The position numbers and the translations under genes are program-made. Shown piece by piece: positions 41,507 through 50,821 of a stretch of DNA of 55,521 bases. The DNA is from an uncultured Gimesia sp. (GTDB lineage: Bacteria; Planctomycetota; Planctomycetia; Planctomycetales; Planctomycetaceae), in the NCBI RefSeq assembly GCF_937910335.1, contig NZ_CALEMX010000207.1, forward strand, positions 1 through 55,521, written 5' to 3'. Every line of letters starts with the position of its first letter. Position 1 is the stretch's first letter. The notes beneath the pieces were generated by a model. The model was given only the letters and a program-made list of their open reading frames with translations, did no database searches and was not told where the DNA came from.

Positions 41507-42184
41507 ATGCGAAAACTGGCGATTGGCAGATTGACTGGTGTTGTGCTTGCTTTGCTTTCGATAATGAGTGCCGTTTTCTTTTATTCATCTGCGAATTATA
41601 TGTTTGAGCAGTTTCAGAAATGGACGACTGCTCGTCCCATGATGACGGAGATTGATTTCTCACAGCCGGGGACGATCACTGTTCCTTTTCGCCAGACATG
41701 CAGCATTTCACATGGTGAGGGAATTTTTCTGGATCATGATGTTAAGGATGAGAATGGCGCTCTTCCCGTCGGGCTATTGTCAGGTTTGTCAGCCAGGATT
41801 GTGATTCATGATCAAGAGGGAAAAGAAATCGTCCGAAGATCGTTAATCGATTATCGAGATCAGCCTTTGGGTAGTCGGATCGTACGAGTTGCTCCTGGGG
41901 AAATTCTGCTGGCTGATCTTCCCACATTCAAAACGAGGCAATACACGGCGACCATTACGATTGACGAAGGACTGCCTGCATTGGCTGGGCTGCCGCAGAC
42001 GATCTACGCGAAATACCAGTTGTGTGGTTGCGAACAGATGGCAGGAGCAATATTTAGTTTTTATTCATTCAGTGCCGGTTTTATCGGGCTGATTGCTGTT
42101 TTGGTCGTGACGCCCGGATTGTGGCACAGTGGTATCTGGCGCGATGTGAAAGTTGAAGTGAAACCTGAGAGTGATATGTCATGA
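41507..42184 (+). CDS. Hypothetical protein with N- and C-terminal TMs and a Cys-containing periplasmic domain
   Basis: GGAG RBS, 225-aa ORF, coupled to the next gene. Confidence 0.75.
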   Translation: MRKLAIGRLTGVVLALLSIMSAVFFYSSANYMFEQFQKWTTARPMMTEIDFSQPGTITVPFRQTCSISHGEGIFLDHDVKDENGALPVGLLSGLSARIVIHDQEGKEIVRRSLIDYRDQPLGSRIVRVAPGEILLADLPTFKTRQYTATITIDEGLPALAGLPQTIYAKYQLCGCEQMAGAIFSFYSFSAGFIGLIAVLVVTPGLWHSGIWRDVKVEVKPESDMS

Positions 42185-42690
42185 GTTTACAGCAGGAAAT
42201 CGCGGTCTGGAATGGGAAGTCGGTTGAGGATCTGGAGGAGATTTACGAGCGGCACGGTTCGGAAACGGGGGTGGGGGTAGAACTTGTACTACTTCTGAAA
42301 GAGCCTGCGTTGCAACGGGGCGTCAGCTGGTTGCTGAAACGGTATCTGGAAGAGGGTAAGGGTGGCGCGTTATCAACGGATGATCTGAATCGGGTTTTTG
42401 AATCGTTGTCGGATCTGGAAGAGTGGGAATCGAAACTGCATCTGCTGCAAAGTCTGCCATTTCTGACGATTGGGAAACGGAATGTCAAACGTGTGGAATC
42501 GTTTTTGCGAGGCTGTGTGGAGAGTGAAAATAAATTTGTGCGGGCCTGGGCTTATAATGGTTTCTATGAGCTGGCGCTGCAGCATCCGAAGTATCAAACT
42601 GAAGTTGATCAGATTCTGGGTCATGCGATGCAGGATGAGGCAGCATCGGTCAAAGCGCGGATTCGGAATATCAGGAAGGACTTGAAATGA
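42181..42690 (+). CDS. Hypothetical alpha-helical (HEAT/ARM-like) protein
   Basis: ATGA overlaps on both sides; WLLK, KFVRAWAY and ASVKARIR. Confidence 0.78.
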   Translation: MSLQQEIAVWNGKSVEDLEEIYERHGSETGVGVELVLLLKEPALQRGVSWLLKRYLEEGKGGALSTDDLNRVFESLSDLEEWESKLHLLQSLPFLTIGKRNVKRVESFLRGCVESENKFVRAWAYNGFYELALQHPKYQTEVDQILGHAMQDEAASVKARIRNIRKDLK

Positions 42691-43355
42691 GGAAAGTATT
42701 ACTGACGGGATTCGAAGCATATGGAAATACGCCGACTAATCCGGCAGAGTCAGTGGCGAGAGTCTTAGACGGCACTGCTGTTGGTGATGCTGAGATTGTT
42801 GCCCGGATTGTACCTAATGTATTTTTTGAATGTATCGATTTTGTTACAAACCTGATTGCCGAAGTCCAACCGGAGCTGGTGATCATGCTGGGCGAATACG
42901 GTGGTCGGGCGATGATCACCGTGGAACGGCTGGCGCAAAACCTGAATGATGCGACCCGCTACGGGTTGGCGGACAATGCGGGTTGTGCTTTGCAAGGACA
43001 ACCCACGGCGGTCGAGGGACCTGCGGCGTACTACGCCACACTGCCGCTGCGTGCGATGGTCAAGGGGATGCGGATTGCTGGTATTCCTGCTGATATCTCG
43101 GATGCGGCTGGTACATTCTGTTGTAATCATCTGATGTATGGAATTCTGCATCACATCGCTACAGAACGATTGCCGATTCGTGCTGGTTGGATTCACCTGC
43201 CCCATTTGCCTTGTGTGGCTGCCCTCGATGAGAATCTGGGGGCTCCCAGTATGTCGGTCGAGACCTCGGCCGCGGGAGTCAGGTTGGGGATTCAGGCTGC
43301 TCTTGAAAATTCTCAGGATATTGAAGATGCGAGTTTTTCACGGTTACAAATTTAA
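42687..43355 (+). CDS. pcp: Pyroglutamyl-peptidase I
   Basis: VLLTGFEAY, ITVERLAQN, AGTFCCN (catalytic Cys) and GWIHLP. Confidence 0.93.
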   Translation: MRKVLLTGFEAYGNTPTNPAESVARVLDGTAVGDAEIVARIVPNVFFECIDFVTNLIAEVQPELVIMLGEYGGRAMITVERLAQNLNDATRYGLADNAGCALQGQPTAVEGPAAYYATLPLRAMVKGMRIAGIPADISDAAGTFCCNHLMYGILHHIATERLPIRAGWIHLPHLPCVAALDENLGAPSMSVETSAAGVRLGIQAALENSQDIEDASFSRLQI

Positions 43356-43444
43356 TATCGTTTTGAAATGAACTTGATGGGATCCAGGGTGTTGTTACTG
43401 TAGCGTCAGTTGATGACGCCGAATAATAAATAAAAAAGGAGTTG

Positions 43445-43690
43445 ATGATGGATTTGCAAATGCTGACAACGTTCTTTATGTGGTGCACGATTTTCAATGG
43501 GGGCATTCTGATTTTCTGGACGGGCTTTTGTCTGTTCGCGCCCGATTTAGTGTATCGCACGCAAAACGCGTGGTTTCCGCTGCCGCGGGAAACTTTTAAT
43601 GTGGTGATCTATGCGTTTATTGGTGCTTTTAAGCTGATCTTCCTGGCCTTTAGTCTGGTGCCTTATGTGGCGATGTTGATGATCGGGTAA
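43445..43690 (+). CDS. Small membrane protein (DUF6868-like)
   Basis: AAGGAG RBS; FF.WCTI.N..IL...WF....E.F....Y...G.FK....F..VPY.A pattern. Confidence 0.78.
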   Translation: MMDLQMLTTFFMWCTIFNGGILIFWTGFCLFAPDLVYRTQNAWFPLPRETFNVVIYAFIGAFKLIFLAFSLVPYVAMLMIG

Positions 43691-43717
43691 ACGGATTTAA
43701 GAGAAATTTGCAGCAGC

Positions 43718-44224
43718 ATGACACAAAATCAATTTCAAAATACATCCGGTCCCCTGCCCGGCGAACGGGACTTCGATCCTTATGACGGTGACCTGGATGC
43801 GCAGTCTGCATGGAGGAACTTTGGCGGGTTGACTCTGGCAGAGGCGTACCGGAAATTTTTGGAGCATCCCGGAGCGTACTCAGAAGATTTCATGTGGATG
43901 GGGGGCAAGGCGTTTGTCTATTATTTCCCGGTGCTAGAACGCTATCTGCTGGTCACCCCGGTCTGGAGTGAAGAGAATGGAAGTGAGTGGTGCCAGATAT
44001 TGGGGCTGGGATCTCCAATTCAGTGCCAGTTTACCGAAGACTGTCTGCCGGAAGTTCGGGAACTGGTACCGCGTGTAATGGCGCTGATTACTCATGTGAG
44101 AGATGCGATCGACGTTTACGTTTCCAGCGGGCATCCCTACTATTCCAACCCGGAAATCCATCAACATGTTAGCGAAGAATGGGATCAGCTGGAACAGCAC
44201 CTGCAGAAGTTTGAGGATGGTTGA
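43718..44224 (+). CDS. Hypothetical soluble protein
   Basis: 168-aa ORF co-oriented with the array; ED.MWMG.KAF.YYFP motif. Confidence 0.75.
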   Translation: MTQNQFQNTSGPLPGERDFDPYDGDLDAQSAWRNFGGLTLAEAYRKFLEHPGAYSEDFMWMGGKAFVYYFPVLERYLLVTPVWSEENGSEWCQILGLGSPIQCQFTEDCLPEVRELVPRVMALITHVRDAIDVYVSSGHPYYSNPEIHQHVSEEWDQLEQHLQKFEDG

Positions 44225-44227
44225 ACG

Positions 44228-44651
44228 ATGAATCAGAATGAAGAAACCTTCGATAAAGTGAAGTTGCAGGTAACTGTGTGTGCTTCTTTTGTGCTGGTAT
44301 TGGAAATCCTTTAATGCGTCGCAGGGTTATTGGGAAGTAGAGATTGACAATGAGGGTCCTCGTCTGGCTTTGGTGCTCCGCCTTGTGGATTCCGATTCAA
44401 AAAGCCTGAGCCGCCGGATTGTGTTCAAGGGCATAGAGGCCAGCGGAGTGAAGTTGGGTACGTTCAAGCTACCCGATGATGCATACAAAATGTCGGGAAT
44501 GAGCATGACATTTCGGGATGTTACGTTGCGTCCTGGTCGTGTGAGGTTTGAATTTCAGGGGCACGAAATTGACATCATGGTGAGTGCTATTTCGATTGAT
44601 GGTATGAGCTATGCGTGGGATCAGCTTGAACCAATTGAGATTGTGGAATGA
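44228..44651 (+). pseudogene. Hypothetical gene with probable 5' frameshift or deletion
   Basis: The ATG 44228 frame (MNQNEETFDKVK...) stops after 28 codons, while the long frame starts at 44280 (+1). The junction lies in a (TG)n run. Confidence 0.45.
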
Positions 44652-44826
44652 TTGGCTCTCGTTAGAATGAACTATGCACAACGAATCTGTCGTTCGAATT
44701 AGTCAAGCATAAATTACCCAGGCGCGCTCATGCTTATCTGCCTGTTGAAGAATCGCTTATCTAAGTGGGAATCCTGTCTATTGAATTAAGAAAAAACTTA
44801 AATGAGACCTCATCACAGGCTGGGTC

Positions 44827-44840
44827 TAGACTATAGTCTA
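44827..44840. promoter_or_regulatory. Perfect 14-bp palindrome, candidate operator
   Basis: TAGACTATAGTCTA upstream of the SDR gene. Confidence 0.4.
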
Positions 44841-44927
44841 TAAAGGATCATTGCCTACTCATCACTTCAGCATTGCCGGTGTGGCTGCTGGGCCCCGTTT
44901 TCCGCCGAATGAATGTATTTTGAACAA

Positions 44928-46424
44928 ATGGCTCTCTCCCCTGACGAATTTGATTCTGATTCTGATTTGATCTTACTGACGGGGGCGACAGGTTATGTTG
45001 GTGGACGATTGCTACAGACGCTGGAACAGCGTGGGGCACGTCTGCGTTGCATGGCGCGGCGTCCGGAAATTCTTCTTCCGCGGGTGGCTACATCCACAGA
45101 AGTGGTCGCCGGTGATGTCCTGGATCGTGAGAGCCTGGGTCCCGTACTGGAAGGTGTGAAAGTTGCCTATTATCTGATTCATTCCATGGGCGCCAGTGGT
45201 TCGTTTGAAGAAAACGATCGACTGGCGGCGCAGAATTTCGCAGAGGCGGCCTCTGAAGCGGGTGTGGAACGCATTATCTATCTGGGAGGCCTGGGGAATG
45301 AAGATGAGGAGCTTTCTGCACATCTGCGAAGTCGTCAGGAGGTGGGCGAGATCTTAAGTGCGCGTGGTGTGCCCGTGTTGGAGTTCCGCGCGTCGATTGT
45401 GATCGGATCGGGAAGTCTTTCCTTTGAGATGATTCGTTCTCTGGTGGAACGACTGCCGATCATGATTACGCCGAAGTGGGTCATGCGTTCTGCCCAACCC
45501 ATTGCGATCGAAGATCTGATAATCTATCTCATCGCGGGATTGAATCGTTTCGGTTCTCAGAGTCGGGTATTTGAAATCGGTGGTGCCGACCAGGTCTCCT
45601 ATGCTGACATCATGCGTGTTTATGCACGGTCTCGTGGTCTGCGGATTCGGATGATTCGGGTGCCGGTGTTGACGCCTTATCTCTCCAGCCTGTGGTTAGG
45701 GCTGGTGACTCCCTTGTATGCCCGAATTGGGCGTAAGCTGATCGAGAGCATTGTGCATTCGACGGTTGTGCGAGATAAGAGTGCGCTCCAGGAATTTGAC
45801 CTTGAGCCAATGGGTATCGAAGCTGCTGTCAGGCGGGCACTGGAGAATGAAGACAATGCGATCGCGGAAACGCGCTGGTCGGATGCGCTTTCATCTTCGG
45901 GGGCTCTTCCTGCCTGGACGGGAGTCCAATTCGGTAGGCGCATGATAGACTCACGGAGCATCGAGGTCGACGTCCTTCCGGCTGTCGCCTTTCAGCCGAT
46001 TCAGAGGATTGGCGGGGATACCGGCTGGTATGCCTGCAACTGGTTATGGCATCTGCGCGGGATACTGGATCTTCTGGTTGGTGGAGTTGGTATGCGACGT
46101 GGACGTGCGCATGATGAAAACCTGCGTGTGGGCGACACGATCGACTTCTGGCGCGTCGAATCCTACGAGCCGGAGCATCGATTACGATTGATCGCTGAGA
46201 TGAAACTTCCGGGTCGCGCCTGGCTCGAATTCGAGGTAACAGGGAATGGTGAATCTTCCCGGATCACACAGACTGCGATTTACGATCCTGTAGGTCTGTG
46301 GGGACGCATATACTGGTATGCTGTCTGCCCGCTGCATTACTTTGTCTTTTCAGGGATGCTGCGAAATATTGCGAAAGCTGCCTTGTTGAATGACGAGCGA
46401 ACACCTGCCGAAACTTCACAGTAA
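44928..46424 (+). CDS. Atypical SDR oxidoreductase + DUF2867 (YbjT-like)
   Basis: LTGATGYVG, AYYLIHSM, HLRSR, GSGSLSFEM, IGG..GWY and AEMKLPGRAWLEF. Confidence 0.9.
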   Translation: MALSPDEFDSDSDLILLTGATGYVGGRLLQTLEQRGARLRCMARRPEILLPRVATSTEVVAGDVLDRESLGPVLEGVKVAYYLIHSMGASGSFEENDRLAAQNFAEAASEAGVERIIYLGGLGNEDEELSAHLRSRQEVGEILSARGVPVLEFRASIVIGSGSLSFEMIRSLVERLPIMITPKWVMRSAQPIAIEDLIIYLIAGLNRFGSQSRVFEIGGADQVSYADIMRVYARSRGLRIRMIRVPVLTPYLSSLWLGLVTPLYARIGRKLIESIVHSTVVRDKSALQEFDLEPMGIEAAVRRALENEDNAIAETRWSDALSSSGALPAWTGVQFGRRMIDSRSIEVDVLPAVAFQPIQRIGGDTGWYACNWLWHLRGILDLLVGGVGMRRGRAHDENLRVGDTIDFWRVESYEPEHRLRLIAEMKLPGRAWLEFEVTGNGESSRITQTAIYDPVGLWGRIYWYAVCPLHYFVFSGMLRNIAKAALLNDERTPAETSQ

Positions 46425-46456
46425 ACTATCAGAGACCGATCTCTCCCCTGCTCTGC

Positions 46457-48142
46457 TTAGTCTGTTGGCCGTTTCAAAATGTTGTTGTTTACGATGCCCG
46501 TTTTTCCGCTGATTGAGAGGACTTTGTCTTCGGGGTTGATTGAGATCGCGGTGTTGCCGAACAGGCTGGCGGGGCTGGCGGAATTTTGAACCACGAAGGC
46601 TGCTTTATGGAACTGGCTGATTTTGTTCCCGGTCGCGAAAATATTTGCCTCGGAGGCCTGTAGCGCGTGTCGCCAGCTATGGATTTTATTGTCGTTCATC
46701 GTGAGATCTGATCCGGGCAGTGCCCAGATCGCAAAGTTGGGTGGTCCGAACTTGCGTAAAGAGGTGCCTGCAAATTCGTTGTTCTCAGCGCGGACCTTGC
46801 CAGCGGCGCGGATGCCGGCGACACCGCCGCCGCGAATGGTGTTGCTGGTCAGAGTGACATCGGCGCCGTTAAAGACCATGACAATTGGTGGCAACCCATT
46901 TTTTTGCGAAAGTTCGTTGCCTGACAGCTGTACGGTCCAGCCTGCGTTAACGCCGACGGCGATCTTTCCGTTGTCAATGATGCGGTTATTGATCACTGTG
47001 GATCGACCGGATTCGCAGGTGGCGAATCCGATGCCGGAGGATTTATTGTGATGGCAATGGTTGTTGATCAACATGGTTACAGCGTCACTTTGCTGGCCAA
47101 TTCCGGATTGACCGTTTTCGTAGCATTCGTTGCCGAGAATGGTTGGCGTGGCGTGTGTGCGCGAACCGATGCCGGCCAGTTTGTTTTTATAACAGCGATT
47201 GTTACGGATGGTTGGTGAGGCTTCTTCACGCGTGCCGATGCCTGCCATTTCGTTTTCATAACATTGATTCTCTTCAATGACGGGTCGCGTGTGGGCGCCG
47301 GTACGAATGCCGATGCCGGCACGGCGGTTTTTAAAGCACTTGTTTCCACGGACGAGGGCTCGGGAACCTTCACTGATTCCGATTCCGGCGCGGATGTTTT
47401 CGTAACAGGTATTGTTGATCACGGTGGGACTGGCGTCGTCGTGTCCGATGCCTGCATAGAAATTTTCGAAACAGTGGTTTTGTTCAATGATGGCTGTCGA
47501 CTTCTGCATCGATCCGATGCCGCCACCCATATTTCGATAACAGAAATTGCGATAAACGTGAGGAGCGCAGCGTTTGCCGGCGACTCCCTGAATCGCGATT
47601 CCTGTGTAGCCGATATGATGTACGATGTTATTTTTGATGGTACAGGTAACCCCGATCACGCCAATTCCGGCTGTGCCAGGTTCGCCGATATGTTCGTGTG
47701 ACTGTTGTTCGCCTTGCGTGGCGTGATGCTTGTTCCATTTGTCGTCGTCGTACTGACCGACGTTGGTTACGGTAAAACCGTCGAGAGTTGAGAAGGGAGC
47801 CATCGTTACACCTGCGCCTGCGCCCTGCTCTCCGCCGCCATCGATGATTGTTGTCTCTGCTCTTTTCAAACCGATTTTACCTTTAGTCTCATCGCCGGTA
47901 CTTTTTAGAGTGAGACCCTCTTTCAATAGAATACGTTCTTTGTAGGTTCCTGCAGAAACCAGAACGGTGTCGCCTTTACTGGCTACATCCACGGCGGCCT
48001 GAATCGTTTTATGGTCCGCTGGAACACTGAGCGTGTCAGCGGCTAAGTGTGTGACCCCCCAAAAGGGGGTGAAGAGCACTAGAAGCCCCTGCAGAGGGAG
48101 ACGGGAGAGGTTTGACAGTTGATGATTGTTGATTGAGATCAT
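46457..48142 (-). CDS. Secreted right-handed parallel beta-helix repeat protein
   Basis: VP.D..TIQAAVD.A..GDTVLV..GTYKE cap and many N.CY.N..AGIG repeats. Confidence 0.88.
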   Translation of the reverse strand: MISINNHQLSNLSRLPLQGLLVLFTPFWGVTHLAADTLSVPADHKTIQAAVDVASKGDTVLVSAGTYKERILLKEGLTLKSTGDETKGKIGLKRAETTIIDGGGEQGAGAGVTMAPFSTLDGFTVTNVGQYDDDKWNKHHATQGEQQSHEHIGEPGTAGIGVIGVTCTIKNNIVHHIGYTGIAIQGVAGKRCAPHVYRNFCYRNMGGGIGSMQKSTAIIEQNHCFENFYAGIGHDDASPTVINNTCYENIRAGIGISEGSRALVRGNKCFKNRRAGIGIRTGAHTRPVIEENQCYENEMAGIGTREEASPTIRNNRCYKNKLAGIGSRTHATPTILGNECYENGQSGIGQQSDAVTMLINNHCHHNKSSGIGFATCESGRSTVINNRIIDNGKIAVGVNAGWTVQLSGNELSQKNGLPPIVMVFNGADVTLTSNTIRGGGVAGIRAAGKVRAENNEFAGTSLRKFGPPNFAIWALPGSDLTMNDNKIHSWRHALQASEANIFATGNKISQFHKAAFVVQNSASPASLFGNTAISINPEDKVLSISGKTGIVNNNILKRPTD

Positions 48143-48160
48143 GACAGGCTTCTCTCTTCC

Positions 48161-48208
48161 ATTATGAAACGGGTCTATTATGAAACTGGCCCATTGTAAA
48201 ACGGATTC
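48161..48208. repeat. Three imperfect 16-bp tandem direct repeats
   Basis: ATTATGAAACGGGTCT / ATTATGAAACTGGCCC / ATTGTAAAACGGATTC. Confidence 0.7.
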
Positions 48209-48348
48209 ATAGTCGCGAGGTTTGTCTTCATCGCCGACGGATGTCGCACTCTTTTAAACTAACAGGTTCAAAAGTCAGGTCAAGCGAATCTCTGAATTCA
48301 GTGCTTTCAGTCTTTTGTTTGAGGGGCACGCAAATGATCAGTAAATTC

Positions 48349-48376
48349 TTGACAGCGGATTTCGTGGTGTCATAAT
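48349..48376 (+). promoter_or_regulatory. Sigma-70-type promoter
   Basis: TTGACA-N16-CATAAT with a TG extension, about 85 bp upstream of ATG 48460. Confidence 0.6.
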
Positions 48377-48459
48377 GTTTTTTTGTGCGGGTGTGAACTG
48401 ATTTTCAATCGCTGGACCGGGGGGTTACGAATTTACATCAATGAAGGGTAGGTTTTCGC

Positions 48460-49266
48460 ATGATTATTTACGGCTCGCGAATGTACTTTAAAGAAAACGT
48501 TGTCGACTACGTTGGCACTTGTGAACAATGCGGTTACTACACGAAACAGCAGAGTTATGTGGGTCGGAAATTTGGGCACATTTATTGGATACCGCTGTTT
48601 CCGCTTGGTGCGCGCTCACAGATATTGAATGAGTGTGGGAACTGCAGTACGGGAACTCATATTCCTCTCAAGGATATGGAACCGATTCAGGACGAGGTTC
48701 GAAACAATTTCAAGGAGTGGATAGAACATGTTCAAAACGGGAAGAACGAAGTGCAGCTGGCTGGTGACGAGGAGCCCATCAATGTGGGCATCCTGCTAGC
48801 GGGGGCGTTGGAAAATCTGTATTGCCTGCAGGAGATTACCGATGTCAACTCTGTTTTGGCTGTGTTGAAATCGAACGAGATGCATCATGAACATGAAGTT
48901 GTGTCCGCCCGCTGGCACGAATTGCAGGGGAATCTGGATCGGGCGATCGCCAGTTATCAGGCGGCGCATAAACTAAGTCCCGAAGATCTCTACATCCTTT
49001 TTAACTTAGGCAGAATGGAACGGCTGCTGGGAAAAGACGAGTGTGCGCTGGAAGCATTTCATAAATGTCTGGCGATTGAACCAAAGGCTCTGGATGTGGT
49101 GATTGAGATCGCCGGGATTTATGAAAACAAGAATGACTTTCCCAAGATCGTGGAAACGTATGACAAGATTTACGATTTACGGCCGGATCTGATAAGCGAA
49201 AAAGGGATGAAAAAACTGTATAAAAAAGCGTGTAAAAAGTCAGGGATTCAAGGTAAGTATTTGTAA
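48460..49266 (+). CDS. Zinc-ribbon + TPR protein
   Basis: MIIYG..., CEQCG, HIYWIPLFP and ECGNC; C-terminal TPR-like helices (AIASYQAAHKLSP, ALEAFHKCLAIEP). Confidence 0.85.
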   Translation: MIIYGSRMYFKENVVDYVGTCEQCGYYTKQQSYVGRKFGHIYWIPLFPLGARSQILNECGNCSTGTHIPLKDMEPIQDEVRNNFKEWIEHVQNGKNEVQLAGDEEPINVGILLAGALENLYCLQEITDVNSVLAVLKSNEMHHEHEVVSARWHELQGNLDRAIASYQAAHKLSPEDLYILFNLGRMERLLGKDECALEAFHKCLAIEPKALDVVIEIAGIYENKNDFPKIVETYDKIYDLRPDLISEKGMKKLYKKACKKSGIQGKYL

Positions 49267-49335
49267 TTGACTTTCACCGGAACTCAATTTCTTAAATGTG
49301 GTTCAATTTAAAACGCGAGAAAGGCAGAGACCGAA

Positions 49336-49746
49336 ATGGCAGCAGCGAGACGAACGGTTACTCAGGATGAAGGCACGTCAACGACGAAAGTCATTGCAAT
49401 GCTCATGGTTGCAATCGCTCTTGTTGGCTGGGCGTTTGCCGCAGCCGCTTATGCACATGTAGAAGAAGGTTGGCGAATGAATCAGGCTGATCGCGTCAGT
49501 GAAGAGGGCGAAGCCAGTGGTTCTGATGAAATAAGTCAGGACGATCGCTTTGAAGATGGAATTAATATCCAACGTGAATCGAGGTCCTCTTTCAGGGACT
49601 TCATTTGGAATGCGTTTCGTCAAATCCCGAACTTTTTTTCTGTGGTTGCGTTTAATTTTCAGCATCGATTGTGGCTGGTGATTCTTATAGCTGTGCTGGA
49701 AGGAGGCGCCCTGTTTCTGGGTTATGTGATGGGAAAAATTGATTGA
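49336..49746 (+). CDS. Hypothetical membrane protein (tandem paralog 1)
   Basis: KVIAMLMVAI...AAAYAH.EEGWR and NAFRQIPN.FSV.AFNFQHRLWLVIL shared with the next gene. Confidence 0.82.
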   Translation: MAAARRTVTQDEGTSTTKVIAMLMVAIALVGWAFAAAAYAHVEEGWRMNQADRVSEEGEASGSDEISQDDRFEDGINIQRESRSSFRDFIWNAFRQIPNFFSVVAFNFQHRLWLVILIAVLEGGALFLGYVMGKID

Positions 49747-49860
49747 GCGTAGTCAAAGTTTTGTGATTGTAGAACTCTCAGTTTAGTTGGCCTAATTCCG
49801 ATTAGTTCATTGATGTCTCTGGCAATTATATCTATCACCGCATTCAGTGGATTTGCAACA

Positions 49861-50409
49861 ATGAATCAAGAAGAGTATCAAAGACCCCAGCGCAGAGAAA
49901 AACGCAGGTCCCCTGCGAAAAAAGTTGAGGCGGAGGGGGCCACAAAATCAAAGACCGAAAAACCGAAATCAAAATCAAAAACAAAGCAGAAAAAAAAGAA
50001 AGACGAGGAGCTTTCAACTCATAAGGTGATTGCGATGCTGATGGTCGCAATTGGTCTGTTTGGCTGGGCCTGTTTTGCAGCCGCTTATGCTCATGCAGAA
50101 GAAGGCTGGCGATCTAACGAAGCGGAGAAGTTTGCTGAAGAGAATAGTGATATTGAATCTGATGATTCACGATTTGGCAGACGATCCCGAGCAAGAAGTG
50201 CCATGATCATAACAGTATTCGTGGCGATGAAGGATTTTGTGCTGAATGCCTTTCGTCAAATACCGAATGTGTTTTCTGTGATTGCGTTTAATTTTCAACA
50301 TCGGTTGTGGCTGGTGATTTTATTCGCGGTGCTGGAGGGGGGCGCGGTGTTTTTGGGTTACCTCATGGAAAAGGTGGGCGAAAGTTTTGTTGACACTCCG
50401 AAATATTAG
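49861..50409 (+). CDS. Hypothetical membrane protein (tandem paralog 2, Lys-rich N-terminus)
   Basis: Same conserved blocks as the 49336 gene. Confidence 0.82.
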   Translation: MNQEEYQRPQRREKRRSPAKKVEAEGATKSKTEKPKSKSKTKQKKKKDEELSTHKVIAMLMVAIGLFGWACFAAAYAHAEEGWRSNEAEKFAEENSDIESDDSRFGRRSRARSAMIITVFVAMKDFVLNAFRQIPNVFSVIAFNFQHRLWLVILFAVLEGGAVFLGYLMEKVGESFVDTPKY

Positions 50410-50469
50410 ACTTATTTCATTGATGGAGTCTGCTGTGTATTCAAGGCAGGTGTTATTTAGCGTTGTGAG

Positions 50470-50631
50470 GAAAATTGAACGCCATTGCAAAATCTTTAAC
50501 GATCTTCGCCAGTTGAGAAACAAGGTTGTGCACGCAGAGGGTTACTCTTTTTCTGAGGACAGGAAAAACAGTATCTTAATCTGTCAATCAGACTGTCGAA
50601 CTACCTTGATGAATTGGCTGGGAAAGGATGA
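50470..50631 (+). pseudogene. Frameshifted 3' fragment of a HEPN-like (RxxxxH) gene
   Basis: KIFNDLRQLRNKVVHAEGYSFSED, then after a one-base shift EKQYLNLSIRLSNYLDELAGKG*. Confidence 0.6.
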
Positions 50632-50684
50632 TTGGCCAGGGTTTCTGATTGTTTGGTAGTGGTGAGAGGTTGGTTTTTTATAAT

Positions 50685-50730
50685 CACTGGGGGCGAGCCA
50701 CCAGTACCACCAGTACCACCAGTACCACCC
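50685..50730 (+). repeat. REP-like hairpin variant, copy F, with triplicated 9-mer
   Basis: CACTGGGGG-CGAG-(CCACCAGTA)x3-CCACCC. Confidence 0.75.
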
Positions 50731-50821
50731 GGATGGGACATTTTTAATATGACATAAGGCACTCGAATGATGAGTATGTTTTTATGCACGAGGTGAAGAG
50801 TGTGAGCACGTTAACCATTGG

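Noticed and set aside
41458-43368. 12-bp match ATCGTTTTGAAA in two spacers
   Set aside because: It is short, AT-rich and has no extended similarity, so it is compatible with chance.
36169-44651. Classical integron cassette array
   Set aside because: No attC-type RYYYAAC...GTTRRRY inverted structures were seen in the spacers and there is no tyrosine integrase; several genes are translationally coupled.
50601-50789. ORF with a GGTGGTGGTGG peptide repeat
   Set aside because: It is a translation of the CCACCAGTA triplication in the REP variant, not a protein repeat.
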